64,000 nucleotides of DNA from Paracoccaceae bacterium (GCA_017854585.1 JAFMHK010000004.1:92655-156654), one strand, 5' to 3'. Counted from the first letter of the stretch, positions 29,753-40,626 are shown. A program made the numbers and translations. The notes: generated from the letters alone by a model not told the origin.

Positions 29753-31812
29753 CTGATCAACCGCTCCCTCCGCTGCCTCAGATCGAGGCGGGCCCGGCGT
29801 CCGTCTGGCGCAATCTTTCGGTTGTGTGGCTTGTGCCCGTGCTGGCGCTTGCGGTGGCGCTTGGGATTGCGTGGCAGGCCTATTCCGAACGCGGCACGCT
29901 GATCGAAATACGGTTCGAGAATGCGGGCGGGGTGGTGGCTGGTGAGACAACCGTGCGCTACCGCGACGTTGTCATCGGAGCAGTCGAAAGGGTTCGCTTC
30001 AGCGCCGATTTGCAAACCGTCGTGGTGGATGCACGCGTTGAAAACGAAGTGCTTCCTTTCTTGGACGATGATGCGACCTTTTGGGTGGTGCGGCCCGAAA
30101 TATCGGCGCAAGGCATCTCGGGGCTGTCGACGGTTGTATCAGGCGTTTTCATTCAAGGCGCATGGGACAGCGAACCAGAGACGCCGATGCGCAGTTTCAC
30201 AGGCCGTGACCGTCCGCTTCTTATCCTGCCCGGTGAAGACGGACGACGCATCACGATGCGCGTGGCCTCTACCTTGCAACTGCAGGGCGGTGCGCCGGTG
30301 TTCTTTCGCGGAATCGAGGTCGGCCGCCTTGAAGAGCCGGAGTTACTTGCCGACGGCGGCCTAGTCGTCAATGGCTTCATCGAGGCACCACATGATCAAC
30401 GGCTGTCCATGGCAACCCGGTTCTGGGACAGTTCCGGGTTTTCCGTCAGTTTCGGTGCCTCAGGTCTGTCGCTGGATGTGGAAAGCCTTGCCTCGCTTGT
30501 CAGCGGCGGGATCCAATTTGATGAAGTCTATGCAGGCGCAGGTCCGGTTCCCGATGATTTCGTGTTCGAGATTTTCGACTCCGAAGATGCCGCGCGCGAA
30601 AGCGCTTTCTCGGTCAGTTCCGTGGGCGAGGTGCCTGTCTCGGTGGAATTCAGCAATTTCGTCCGGGGTCTTGGCATTGGCACTCCTGTCGACCTGCTGG
30701 GGTTACAGGTGGGTCAGGTCACGGCCATACGCGTCCGCACTGTCGAGACATCACAGGGGCCAAAGCAACGCCTTGTGGTGGACCTTTCGCTCGACCCGGG
30801 GCGGATGGGGCTAAGACGGGAGGCGAGTTCCGAGGAAGTCTATGATTTCCTTTCTGATGCCGTTGCCAGCGGGTTGCGCGTAAGGCTCATGCGCGAGGGG
30901 CTGCTGACGTCAACGATCAGGGTGGAACTGGCAAATCTGGCCACCCCTCCGCCCGCGCGATTTGATCGGGCTGCAGAACCTTATCCGATCTTGCCATCGT
31001 TGACGACGACACTGCCCGACTTGAACGCAACTGCCGAGGGCCTTTTGGAACGGCTGGCAGCCCTGCCCTTCGAGACCCTTTTGACCCAAGCCATCAGCAC
31101 AATGCAAAGCATTGAGGAACTAGCCGCCGATCCCGCATTGCGCCAAGTGCCCGCCGAGGCGGTAACCCTGCTGTCGGAGGCGCGCGATGTCCTGACCAGC
31201 GAAGATACACAGGCCATTCCGGGCGAGGCGCGCGCCGCAGTCGCTCAATTGGCCGCGATCCTGACCGAGCTTCGCGAAGGCGGCGGTATCGCGGCAATGA
31301 CAGCGGCCGCGCAACAGGCGAATGCGGCGATGGGTCCGATCAACGAAGCCTCGGCCCAATTACCCGCGTTGATGACCAATCTGCGCGCGCTTTCGGAAAC
31401 AGCGGCGGCGCTTGAATTGGAAGCATTGGTGACCTCGGCCAATGCCTTCCTCAGCAGTGCCGATACATTCATCGGCAGCGAAGATATGGCCGCTGTGCCC
31501 CCGGCTCTGTCCGGTGCGCTGACAGAGCTGCGCAGTCTTCTGGTGGAGTTGGAGGCGGCGGATGTGACGGGCAATCTGAATGCCACGCTCAGTTCCACCC
31601 GTGCGGCGGCCGAAGGGCTGCCCGCTCTGGTGGAGCAAACCGAGGCCGTGCTGACACGTGCCAACACCTTGATCGCATCTTATGGCGACCGTTCGCCGTT
31701 CATGACGGAAACGATGGATGTCTTGCGCGAAATCAGCGCCGCCGCCCGTGCGATTTCGCAACTAGCGAGCGCGATTGAACGCAACCCAAGCTCTTTGATC
31801 ACAGGACGGTAA
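29749..31812 (+). CDS. pqiB: PqiB-like multi-MCE-domain intermembrane transport protein
   Basis: ATGA overlap with the second pqiA. N-terminal TM anchor (LSVVWLVPVLALAVALGIAW), repeated MCE-like segments (VRYRDVVIGAVERV, VFFRGIEVGRLEEP, LLGLQVGQVTAIRV), and a long Ala/Leu-rich helical C-terminus. Confidence 0.85.
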   Translation: MTDQPLPPLPQIEAGPASVWRNLSVVWLVPVLALAVALGIAWQAYSERGTLIEIRFENAGGVVAGETTVRYRDVVIGAVERVRFSADLQTVVVDARVENEVLPFLDDDATFWVVRPEISAQGISGLSTVVSGVFIQGAWDSEPETPMRSFTGRDRPLLILPGEDGRRITMRVASTLQLQGGAPVFFRGIEVGRLEEPELLADGGLVVNGFIEAPHDQRLSMATRFWDSSGFSVSFGASGLSLDVESLASLVSGGIQFDEVYAGAGPVPDDFVFEIFDSEDAARESAFSVSSVGEVPVSVEFSNFVRGLGIGTPVDLLGLQVGQVTAIRVRTVETSQGPKQRLVVDLSLDPGRMGLRREASSEEVYDFLSDAVASGLRVRLMREGLLTSTIRVELANLATPPPARFDRAAEPYPILPSLTTTLPDLNATAEGLLERLAALPFETLLTQAISTMQSIEELAADPALRQVPAEAVTLLSEARDVLTSEDTQAIPGEARAAVAQLAAILTELREGGGIAAMTAAAQQANAAMGPINEASAQLPALMTNLRALSETAAALELEALVTSANAFLSSADTFIGSEDMAAVPPALSGALTELRSLLVELEAADVTGNLNATLSSTRAAAEGLPALVEQTEAVLTRANTLIASYGDRSPFMTETMDVLREISAAARAISQLASAIERNPSSLITGR

Positions 31813-31815
31813 CCC

Positions 31816-32376
31816 ATGAAAAAAGCGCTCCTCCTACTTGGTGTCGCACTGGTCCTTGGGGCCTGCGGCGGCAATGAAGACCTGTTCGTGTTGCCTCGGG
31901 CCACGCCCGCCAGTGAAGTGGCGGTGCGCGTGCAGAGCATTGAGGTCAGGGATGTGGTGGTGCCCGCCTATGTGGCGGACGCGAATATACTGGTGCAAGA
32001 TGCCGACGGCGCGCTGCGCCCCCTTGGCGGCGCGCTTTGGGCCGATGATCCACGCACCGGGATCACCCAAGCACTTGCGACCCGTCTGGATCTTGGGACG
32101 TCTGCCACGGCAGCAGCAGAGCCATGGCCCCTGTTCGATGGACCCGATTTGCGGGTGCAGGTGATCGTCGAAAGGATGATCGCGCGCGCCGATGGGCTGT
32201 TCGAATTCAGCGGGCAATTCGCCGTTGTATCGCCATCGGGGGCGCAGCGTGATTTCTTGCGGCGGTTCGACATCACCACACCCCATGAGGGCGCTAACCC
32301 GCAGTCGGTCGCGGATGCTTTGGGACGGGCCTTGGCCCTGCTGTCCGATCAGATCACCGCCAGCATCGCGCGGTAG
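31816..32376 (+). CDS. pqiC: PqiC/YmbA-like lipoprotein
   Basis: Lipobox LGAC and 186 aa, starting 4 nt after the pqiB stop. Position and size match the auxiliary lipoprotein of Pqi systems. Confidence 0.7.
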   Translation: MKKALLLLGVALVLGACGGNEDLFVLPRATPASEVAVRVQSIEVRDVVVPAYVADANILVQDADGALRPLGGALWADDPRTGITQALATRLDLGTSATAAAEPWPLFDGPDLRVQVIVERMIARADGLFEFSGQFAVVSPSGAQRDFLRRFDITTPHEGANPQSVADALGRALALLSDQITASIAR

Positions 32377-32414
32377 GAAAAGGCGTAGGTGCCGCCAACA
32401 CTCAGGACTTTTGG

Positions 32415-33908
32415 TTAGTGCACGGGTGGTGTCGGGGCATCCCCCGCAGCCGCGTTGCGCAGAACATCGCGGACACCGATGGCCTCGAGTGCAGCAAGCT
32501 GTTGGGCAAATGCCGTCACGAACGTCGTGTTTTCCGAAAGGTCGCCGAAAACGCTTTCGATAGAAAGGAAGGCAAGCGGGTCAGCCTGTGCCCGCACGGC
32601 AGCCGTGATCAGCTCAGGTGCACGAGGGTCTTCGACCGCAATTTTCGAACCGGGGTCGACCGTCATTGCAAGATACCGGCACCATAGCGCGATTTCCAAG
32701 GCCAAGGTACTGACGGGCTTGTTTTGACGCAGCGCCGCCGACAAGGTCGGCAAGACGAACTTTGGCTGCCTGTTCGAACCATCCTGACACAACCGCGCAA
32801 TGGTGTCCCCGACCGCCTTGTTCGAAAAGCGTTCGACGCAGGACGAGAGGTAGCCGTGGTAATCCACCCCCGGAATGCTGGGCAGTACCGGAATAACCTC
32901 GGATCGCATGAGATGGACCAACCAGCCCGCGATATCGGGATCGGCCATTGCATCGTGGACATAGGTATACCCCAGAAGCGCCGACGGATACGCGATGGCG
33001 GCGTGGCCAGCGTTCAGAATACTCAGTTTCATGGTCTCGTATGGGGAGACGTCGTCCACGAAGGTAACGCCGACCTTTTCCAGCGCCGGGCGGCCATATG
33101 GAAAGGCATCCTCCAACACCCACTGACGAAACGGTTCACACACAACTGGCGCGGCGTCGATGATCCCGAACTCGGATGTGACCAACGCGCGCTCCCTGTC
33201 GGACGTCGCGGGCGTGATGCAGTCGACCATCCCGTTTGGGAATGCCACATGCTGATCGATCCAGTTGTGCAGGTCAGGGGACAAAAGCTGCGCCATTCCC
33301 AGCACGGCGTTGCGAGCCACGTGACCATTTTCAGGCAGATTGTCACAAGACAGGACCGTCAGCGCCGGATGGCCCATGTCGCGGCGGCGGCGAAGACCGG
33401 CACAGATCAGCCCAAAGACGGTCTGCGGCGCGTCCGGGTTGGCCGCATCGCCAGCGATCTCGGGATGAGCCGCATCAAAAGTCCCAGTCTTGGCGTCAAC
33501 ATAGTATCCGCCTTCCGTAATCGTCAGCGATACGATCCGGATATCGGGATCGGCAATCCGCGCGATGATGGCCGCGCCATCGACAGGGCAGAAGTCGATC
33601 ATGGGGCCGGTAACGCGGGCTGACAGGCCACGCGGGTCCAGCTCCACCACGGTGGACAGCCAATCCTGTTGCTCAAGCAATGCCCGCCGGTCAGCATCGA
33701 ACTGTTTTATTCCCGCGCCCACAATCGCCCAGTCGTGATCCAACCCGAGATTGAACAAATCATCCAAATACACGGCCTGATGGGCGCGATGGAAATTCCC
33801 GACACCGATGTGCAGGATCCCCGGACGCAATGCCGCACGATCATAAGCCGGACGGCCAACGGAAGCTGGCAAGCCCGCAAGGCTCTGCGCGTTGAGTTTC
33901 GTCGCCAT
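32415..33908 (-). CDS. mtlK: mannitol 2-dehydrogenase (long-chain mannitol dehydrogenase family)
   Basis: 497 aa with N-terminal Rossmann ILHIGVGNFHRAHQAVYLDD. It is the last gene of the smo operon, as in Rhodobacter sphaeroides (recall). Confidence 0.85.
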   Translation of the reverse strand: MATKLNAQSLAGLPASVGRPAYDRAALRPGILHIGVGNFHRAHQAVYLDDLFNLGLDHDWAIVGAGIKQFDADRRALLEQQDWLSTVVELDPRGLSARVTGPMIDFCPVDGAAIIARIADPDIRIVSLTITEGGYYVDAKTGTFDAAHPEIAGDAANPDAPQTVFGLICAGLRRRRDMGHPALTVLSCDNLPENGHVARNAVLGMAQLLSPDLHNWIDQHVAFPNGMVDCITPATSDRERALVTSEFGIIDAAPVVCEPFRQWVLEDAFPYGRPALEKVGVTFVDDVSPYETMKLSILNAGHAAIAYPSALLGYTYVHDAMADPDIAGWLVHLMRSEVIPVLPSIPGVDYHGYLSSCVERFSNKAVGDTIARLCQDGSNRQPKFVLPTLSAALRQNKPVSTLALEIALWCRYLAMTVDPGSKIAVEDPRAPELITAAVRAQADPLAFLSIESVFGDLSENTTFVTAFAQQLAALEAIGVRDVLRNAAAGDAPTPPVH

Positions 33909-33909
33909 G

Positions 33910-34679
33910 TCAGCTCATCCAGTTCCCGCCGTCGACATTGTAGGTTTGTGCGACGACGTAATTTGCCTCGTCCGAGGCCAGAAAAATGGCCATGCCCGTA
34001 AGATCCGACGCGCGGCCCATCCGACCAAAAGGCACAGCTTTCGCAACTGCAGCTTTCTTTTCGCCCGGTTGAAGCCCCTCATGCGCCGCGAACAGCGCAT
34101 CGACGTGATCCCAATGCGCCCCGTCGACGACACCGGGCGCGATCGCATTCACGTTGATGCCATGCGAAATCAGGTTCAATCCCGCTGACTGGGTCAGGCT
34201 GATCACTGCGGCCTTGGTCGCGCAGTAGACGCCGACCAAAGCCTCGCCGCGGCGGCCGGCCTGACTGGCCATGTTGATGATTTTGCCGCCCTGCCCCCGT
34301 GCGATCATATGGCGGGCCACGGCCTGCATCATGAACAGGCTGCCCGCGACATTGACGGCGAACAGACGGTCATAGCTCTGGCGGGTGATCTCGGTGATCG
34401 GGGCCAGATCGAACAACGCTGCATTGTTGATCAGGATATCGATCTGTCCGGCATGCGCCACACAGGCGGCCACACAGGCATCGATGCTGTCTTGATCCGT
34501 CACATCCAGCGCCACGCCATAGGCTGCATCGCCAATTGCCGCTGCGGCCGCACGGGCCGCGTCCACGTCGATATCTGCTATTGCCACAGTGGCGCCCTCG
34601 CGGACATACGCCTCGGCAAAGGCACGTCCGATACCACGGGCTGCCCCTGTAATCAGGGCCGATTTACCCTCCAGACGTT

Positions 34680-34683
<4 letters not shown>
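33910..34683 (-). CDS. smoS: sorbitol dehydrogenase (SDR)
   Basis: [11 protein letters not shown] cofactor motif and catalytic YCATKAA. The sequence closely resembles my recollection of R. sphaeroides SmoS ([39 protein letters not shown]). ATGA overlap with smoK. Confidence 0.88.
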
Positions 34684-35684
<1,001 letters not shown>

Positions 35685-35696
35685 CGTTCAAGTTCC

Positions 35697-36527
35697 TTAC
35701 TTCACTGCGCCAAAAGTCAGGCCGCGGACGAGTTGCTTTTGGCTGAACCAGCCCATGATCAGGATTGGCGCGATGGCCATGGTCGAGGCAGCGCTGAGCT
35801 TGGCGAAAAAGAGGCCCTCGGGGCTGGAATAGCTGGCGATAAATGCTGTCAGTGGTGCGGCGTTGACAGACGTCAGGTTCAACGTCCAGAACGCTTCGTT
35901 CCACGCAAGGATGAAGTTCAGCAGCAGCGTGGAGGCGATGCCGGGAATAGCCATCGGCGTCAGAACGTAGAGGATTTCATCCTTCAGCGACGCCCCGTCC
36001 ATCCGCGCGGCTTCCAGGATTTCGCCCGGGATCTCACGAAAGTAAGTGTAGAGCATCCAGACAATGATCGGCAGATTGATCAGCATCAATATGACGATCA
36101 GCGCCAAGCGGTTATCCAAAACCCCCAATTGAATGCACAGCAGGTAGATGGGGTAGAGAACACCAACCGCCGGCAACATTTTGGTCGAGAGCATCCAAAG
36201 CAGGATGTCCTTGGTCCGCTTCGAGGGCACGAAGGCCATCGACCAAGCGGCGGGAACGGCGATCAAGATGCCCAGTATGGTCGACACCCCGGCAAGGATG
36301 ACCGAGTTGGTCAGAAACCGCATGTAGTTAGATCGTTCTTGCACAACGGCGTAGTTTTCCAACGTCCAATCGAAGAACAGGAACACGGGGGGGTTGGCAA
36401 TCGCCTCTGCCTCGGTCTTGAAGGACGTCAGGATCGTCCAGAGGATTGGAAAGAAGATCAGCAGCCCGATGCTCCACGCGATTGCGGTGTTGAGGGCTTT
36501 GCGTTGGGTTGTGACAGCACGTGCCAT
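35697..36527 (-). CDS. smoG: polyol ABC transporter permease (MalG-type)
   Basis: 6-TM permease with an EAA-loop context (LEAARMDGASL). ATG at 36527 is about 10 nt after GGAG. Confidence 0.85.
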   Translation of the reverse strand: MARAVTTQRKALNTAIAWSIGLLIFFPILWTILTSFKTEAEAIANPPVFLFFDWTLENYAVVQERSNYMRFLTNSVILAGVSTILGILIAVPAAWSMAFVPSKRTKDILLWMLSTKMLPAVGVLYPIYLLCIQLGVLDNRLALIVILMLINLPIIVWMLYTYFREIPGEILEAARMDGASLKDEILYVLTPMAIPGIASTLLLNFILAWNEAFWTLNLTSVNAAPLTAFIASYSSPEGLFFAKLSAASTMAIAPILIMGWFSQKQLVRGLTFGAVK

Positions 36528-36540
36528 GGTCAAATGCTCC

Positions 36541-37407
36541 TCAATTATCCAGGTTTTTGCCGACGATGCGCATCAGGAAGATTGCAACGATGTTGGCAAG
36601 GATGATGGCATAGACGCCGCCGGCGCTGCCCAGACCCACGTTCTGGCTCTCCAACACGCGCTGGTAGATCAGGTAGGTCAGGGTTCGTGTGCCAAAGGCA
36701 CCGCCTGTCGTCACGAATATCTCTGCGAAGACTGCCAGAACAAAGATCGTCTGGATCAGAATGACGATCGTGATGGCGCGGCTGAGATGCGGCAGGGCGA
36801 TGAAGAAGAACCGGGCCACCGGATTGGCGCCATCCATCTCGGCGGCTTCAAGTTGTTCGCTGTCCAGGGATTGAATGGCCGTCAAAAGGATGAGCGTCGC
36901 AAAGGGGAGCCACTGCCAGGATACGATCACAATAATCGACAAGACGGATGCGTCGGTTAGCCAGACCACCGGGTCCGCTCCGAAAAAGCGCCACAGATGG
37001 GCGAACATGCCGTTGGTCGGGTCCATGAACATGTTCTTCCAGACCAGCGCCGTTACCGTCGGCATCACAAAGAAAGGCGCAATCACCAAGATCCGGACAA
37101 CGCCTTGGCCCCACATCGGCTGATCCAGCAAAATGGCAAGCAAGACACCCAGAACGATCGAGATCACAAGAACACCGCCGACGATGATCAACGTGGTCTG
37201 AACCGCAGGCCAGAATGCACTGGAGGTGATAAATCTTGAGAAGTTCTCGAGGCCGACGAAGCCTTGATCTCCGCCCCGCAGGGGAAGGTAGCTTCGGACC
37301 GAGAACCAGAGGGTCATGCACAGTGGCACAAGCATCCAAACGAGGAGCAAAAAGACCGCCGGGGCCATCATTATCCGCGCCGCTGATCGGGAATGCTGGG
37401 TCGCCAT
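36541..37407 (-). CDS. smoF: polyol ABC transporter permease (MalF-type)
   Basis: 6-TM permease with EAA loop LEAAEMDGANP. Confidence 0.85.
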   Translation of the reverse strand: MATQHSRSAARIMMAPAVFLLLVWMLVPLCMTLWFSVRSYLPLRGGDQGFVGLENFSRFITSSAFWPAVQTTLIIVGGVLVISIVLGVLLAILLDQPMWGQGVVRILVIAPFFVMPTVTALVWKNMFMDPTNGMFAHLWRFFGADPVVWLTDASVLSIIVIVSWQWLPFATLILLTAIQSLDSEQLEAAEMDGANPVARFFFIALPHLSRAITIVILIQTIFVLAVFAEIFVTTGGAFGTRTLTYLIYQRVLESQNVGLGSAGGVYAIILANIVAIFLMRIVGKNLDN

Positions 37408-37482
37408 GACACATATCCTCTGCGTTCGGGCGCAAGAGGCCCGTGGTAAACCAAGGTCAGGAAAACTCTAAAAAGTTAAGTG

Positions 37483-37513
37483 CCGGAAGGCGGCGACGCG
37501 CGCCGCCTTCCGG
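37483..37513 (-). terminator. intercistronic GC-rich stem-loop between smoE and smoF
   Basis: 13-bp perfect stem CCGGAAGGCGGCG / CGCCGCCTTCCGG with a 5-nt loop. On the sense (minus) strand it is followed by CACTTAACTTTTTAGAGTTTT. Confidence 0.55.
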
Positions 37514-37528
37514 TCTTCGATCAACAGC

Positions 37529-38845
37529 TTACCGGTAGCCGGCAGCTTCCATCGCTTCGTTGGTGATGGCCTGTGCATTCGCCAGCGCTTCTTCAACGGT
37601 CTGCTGACCGGCATAGAAGGCAGAGAATTCCTGGCTCACTTCGGTCGCGATACCGGCGAACTCCGGGATGGCCGCGAACTGGATGCCAACGTAGGGAACC
37701 GGATCAACGGTCGGGTTGGTCGGATCAGCCGACAGGATCGAGTCCAGCGTCATCTGAGCGAACGGAACCTCAATGTAGTTGGGGTTCTCATAGAGCGAGG
37801 TCCGAGCGCCCGGAGGCACGTTGGCCCAACCTTCGTTCTCGGCAACCAGATCGATATAGCTGGTCGACGTGGCCCACTCGATGAACTGCAACGCGGCGTC
37901 TTGCTGCTGCGTGCCGGCAGGAATTGCCAGTGCCCAAGCCCAGAGCCAGTTGGAGCGCCGGCCCAAACCATTGTCGGGCGCCAGAGCGAACCCAACCGAA
38001 TCCGCAACGGTGGAGTCGTTGGGGTTGGTCACAAAGGATGCCGCAACCGTTGCGTCGATCCACATGCCGCACAGACCCTGTTGGAACAACGAGAGGTTCT
38101 CGTTGAAGCCGTTGGTCGCGAAACCGGCTGGGCCGGATTCCTGCATCATGTCGTTGTAGAAGGTCAGCGTGTCGAGCCACGGCTGGGTGTCGAACTGAGC
38201 GTTCCAATCCATGTCGAACCAGCGTGCGCCGAACGAGTTGGACATTGCAGTGATGAAGGCACCGCCCTCACCCCAACCCGGCTTGCCGCGCAAGCAGATG
38301 CCGTTGATGTCGGCGTCGCGGTTGGTCATTGCAGCCGCAGCTTCGCGGATGAACTCCCATGTGGGTGCTGCGGGCATTTCCAGGCCGGCTGCTTCCATCA
38401 GGTCGGTGCGATACATGACCATGGACGATTCGCCGTAGAACGGTGCCGCATAAAGCGTTCCGTCATGGCTCAGGCCGCCACGCATGGCGGGCAGGATGTC
38501 GTCGACGTTGTATTCTTCCGACAGGCCATCGAGCGGCACAAGCCATCCGTTGGCGCCCCAGATTGGTGTCTCGTACATACCAATGGTCATGATGTCGAAC
38601 TGGCCACCGTTGGTGGTGATGTCCGTCGTGACACGCTGACGAAGAACGTTTTCTTCAAGCGTGACCCACTCCACAGCGATGCCGGTCTCTTCGGTGAACA
38701 CGTCGGTATAACCCTGCATGCGGATCATATCGCCGTTGTTCACGGTCGCGATGGTGATGGTTGTGGCGTGAGCGTCCGCAGCTGCTGAGCTAGCGATTGC
38801 GCACAACGCCGTAGCCCCCAACAGGGCGCCAAATGTCTTAGTCAT
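37529..38845 (-). CDS. smoE: polyol (sorbitol/mannitol) ABC transporter substrate-binding protein
   Basis: Signal peptide MTKTFGALLGATALCAIASSAAA. 438-aa family-1 sugar SBP. First gene of the transporter block. Confidence 0.85.
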   Translation of the reverse strand: MTKTFGALLGATALCAIASSAAADAHATTITIATVNNGDMIRMQGYTDVFTEETGIAVEWVTLEENVLRQRVTTDITTNGGQFDIMTIGMYETPIWGANGWLVPLDGLSEEYNVDDILPAMRGGLSHDGTLYAAPFYGESSMVMYRTDLMEAAGLEMPAAPTWEFIREAAAAMTNRDADINGICLRGKPGWGEGGAFITAMSNSFGARWFDMDWNAQFDTQPWLDTLTFYNDMMQESGPAGFATNGFNENLSLFQQGLCGMWIDATVAASFVTNPNDSTVADSVGFALAPDNGLGRRSNWLWAWALAIPAGTQQQDAALQFIEWATSTSYIDLVAENEGWANVPPGARTSLYENPNYIEVPFAQMTLDSILSADPTNPTVDPVPYVGIQFAAIPEFAGIATEVSQEFSAFYAGQQTVEEALANAQAITNEAMEAAGYR

Positions 38846-38974
38846 GATATCCTCCCAGATTGAGCATTTGCCATACTCGTGGGCAAATACTCATACTGTC
38901 TCGAAAATAAGTCAACGGATTTCTTTTGCACACCCAAACGGGACACAAAGCCGTTTTAGAATAATGCTTTAAGG

Positions 38975-39934
38975 CTATCTGGCCAGATCGAGAATCGCTT
39001 GGGCCGTGGCCTCGTCGGTGATCAAGCCATTGATCAACCGACCGTTCAGGGCGCCAAGAATGGCCTTAACCTTGGCCGGACCGACCGCCATTCCGATCAC
39101 CGGCATGTCGGATCCGACCTTGAGAGGGGCGCTCGAAACGCGGTCGTTCGTCAGATGTGGGATCAGCGCGCCTTGGACGTCATAGACCCACCCGACGATC
39201 TCGCCCACCGCGCCGCTGGCCGTAAGCTCCTCGGCCTCGGCACCAGTGATGAAGCCGTCCACTGCCATTGGCGCGCGGGGATCCACGTGGCCGATCCCGA
39301 CAAAGGTTACGTCTGCCCGCGCACACAGCGCCAGCGTATTGGCGACCGGTTCCAGCGCGTGAAGCACCGCCAGTTCCTCGGGGTTGCGCACCAACACCGT
39401 CAGTGGCATCGGATTGTGCCGTGTGCCGACCCGGTCGGCCATACGTTCCACGACGTTGAAGGCAGTGGCCGATCCATCGGTCATCATGTTGCCGACCAGC
39501 GAGACGAGGTGGTGCTGCGGTCGGGGCAGCCGGGGAAGTTGTTCGACGCAAGCGCGCAACACGCGCCCGGTGCCAAGCGCGATGATCTTGGGGGTGTCGC
39601 TGTCGAGATGGGTCAGCATCTCTTGGGCGCCTTCGATGGCGACACCGGCGATCAGATCGGGCGCATCCGGATCCGAGGGCACGACCTCGGCATGCTGCAG
39701 GCCGAATCTGGCGCGCAGACGCGCACCCAGTTCCAAACACTGCGCGATCGGGTGGTCGAGCCGGAACTTGACCAACCGCTCACTGACCGCAAGCGATACA
39801 AGACGTTGCGCTGATTGCCGCGACACGCCAAGTTTCTGCGCGATTTCGTCCTGCGTGTTGCCCGCGACGTAATAAAGCCACCCTGCGCGGGCCGCATCGT
39901 CCAGACGTGTCGCCTCTCCGATCTGTCGTGCCAT
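38975..39934 (-). CDS. smoC: SorC/DeoR-type transcriptional regulator of the polyol operon
   Basis: MARQIGEATRLDD start (ATG at 39934), HTH NTQDEIAQKLGVSRQSAQRLV, and a SorC-type sugar-binding C-domain. ATGA overlap with the HAD gene stop. Confidence 0.8.
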   Translation of the reverse strand: MARQIGEATRLDDAARAGWLYYVAGNTQDEIAQKLGVSRQSAQRLVSLAVSERLVKFRLDHPIAQCLELGARLRARFGLQHAEVVPSDPDAPDLIAGVAIEGAQEMLTHLDSDTPKIIALGTGRVLRACVEQLPRLPRPQHHLVSLVGNMMTDGSATAFNVVERMADRVGTRHNPMPLTVLVRNPEELAVLHALEPVANTLALCARADVTFVGIGHVDPRAPMAVDGFITGAEAEELTASGAVGEIVGWVYDVQGALIPHLTNDRVSSAPLKVGSDMPVIGMAVGPAKVKAILGALNGRLINGLITDEATAQAILDLAR

Positions 39935-40626
39935 CAGGGTTCCTTCCGTTTGACTTGCGGCGCCATCTGAAAGAACTGATCCCAATTGTCAAAGGCAGGC
40001 ACGTCGGGAGGGGTTTCCAGTTCGGCCTCGGAAAACCCGGCCATGTGGCCGCCACCCGTGTACCGCCATACCGCCATACCGGCTGCCTTGGCTGCCAGAA
40101 TGCCAGCCATGCTGTCTTCGATCACAAGGCATTGGCTTGGCGCGACCCGCATATGCCGCGCGGCATGAAGAAAAAGATCGGGCGCCGGTTTTCCGTTCGC
40201 AACCTCGGATGCTGTAAAAACATCACCGCCAAAAAAGCGCGCCAGATTGCAGAGCTTGAGTGTCTTGGCAACGCGCGGCGGGCTGGAACTGGTGGCGACA
40301 CACCGGGGATGACCCAGTTGTTCCAACACAAGAGCTATTCCTTGCATGGGCTGCAACCGCGCTTCGAACGCGGCCAGCAACCGCGCACGATACTGGCTTT
40401 CGAAATCCGATGGCAAAGCAATATCGAACGTCGTCCGGATCTTGGCGCTGACCTTGGGAAAACTCTGCCCAACGTAGTGGCGAAAGACGTATCGCTCATC
40501 AAGCGCCACACCATATTCGGCAAGTGCACCGACCAGAATCTGCGCACTTATCACCTCGCTGTCGGCCAGCACGCCATCACAGTCAAAAATGATCATGGCG
40601 ATTTCTGGAGGAACTAAACCCGCCAC
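39934..40626 (-). CDS. HAD-superfamily hydrolase (beta-phosphoglucomutase/phosphatase-like)
   Basis: Motif I IIFDCDGVLADSE, later VATSS and EDSMAGILAAKAAGM. The start is either GTG at 40626 or ATG at 40596. Confidence 0.8.
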   Translation of the reverse strand: MAGLVPPEIAMIIFDCDGVLADSEVISAQILVGALAEYGVALDERYVFRHYVGQSFPKVSAKIRTTFDIALPSDFESQYRARLLAAFEARLQPMQGIALVLEQLGHPRCVATSSSPPRVAKTLKLCNLARFFGGDVFTASEVANGKPAPDLFLHAARHMRVAPSQCLVIEDSMAGILAAKAAGMAVWRYTGGGHMAGFSEAELETPPDVPAFDNWDQFFQMAPQVKRKEP

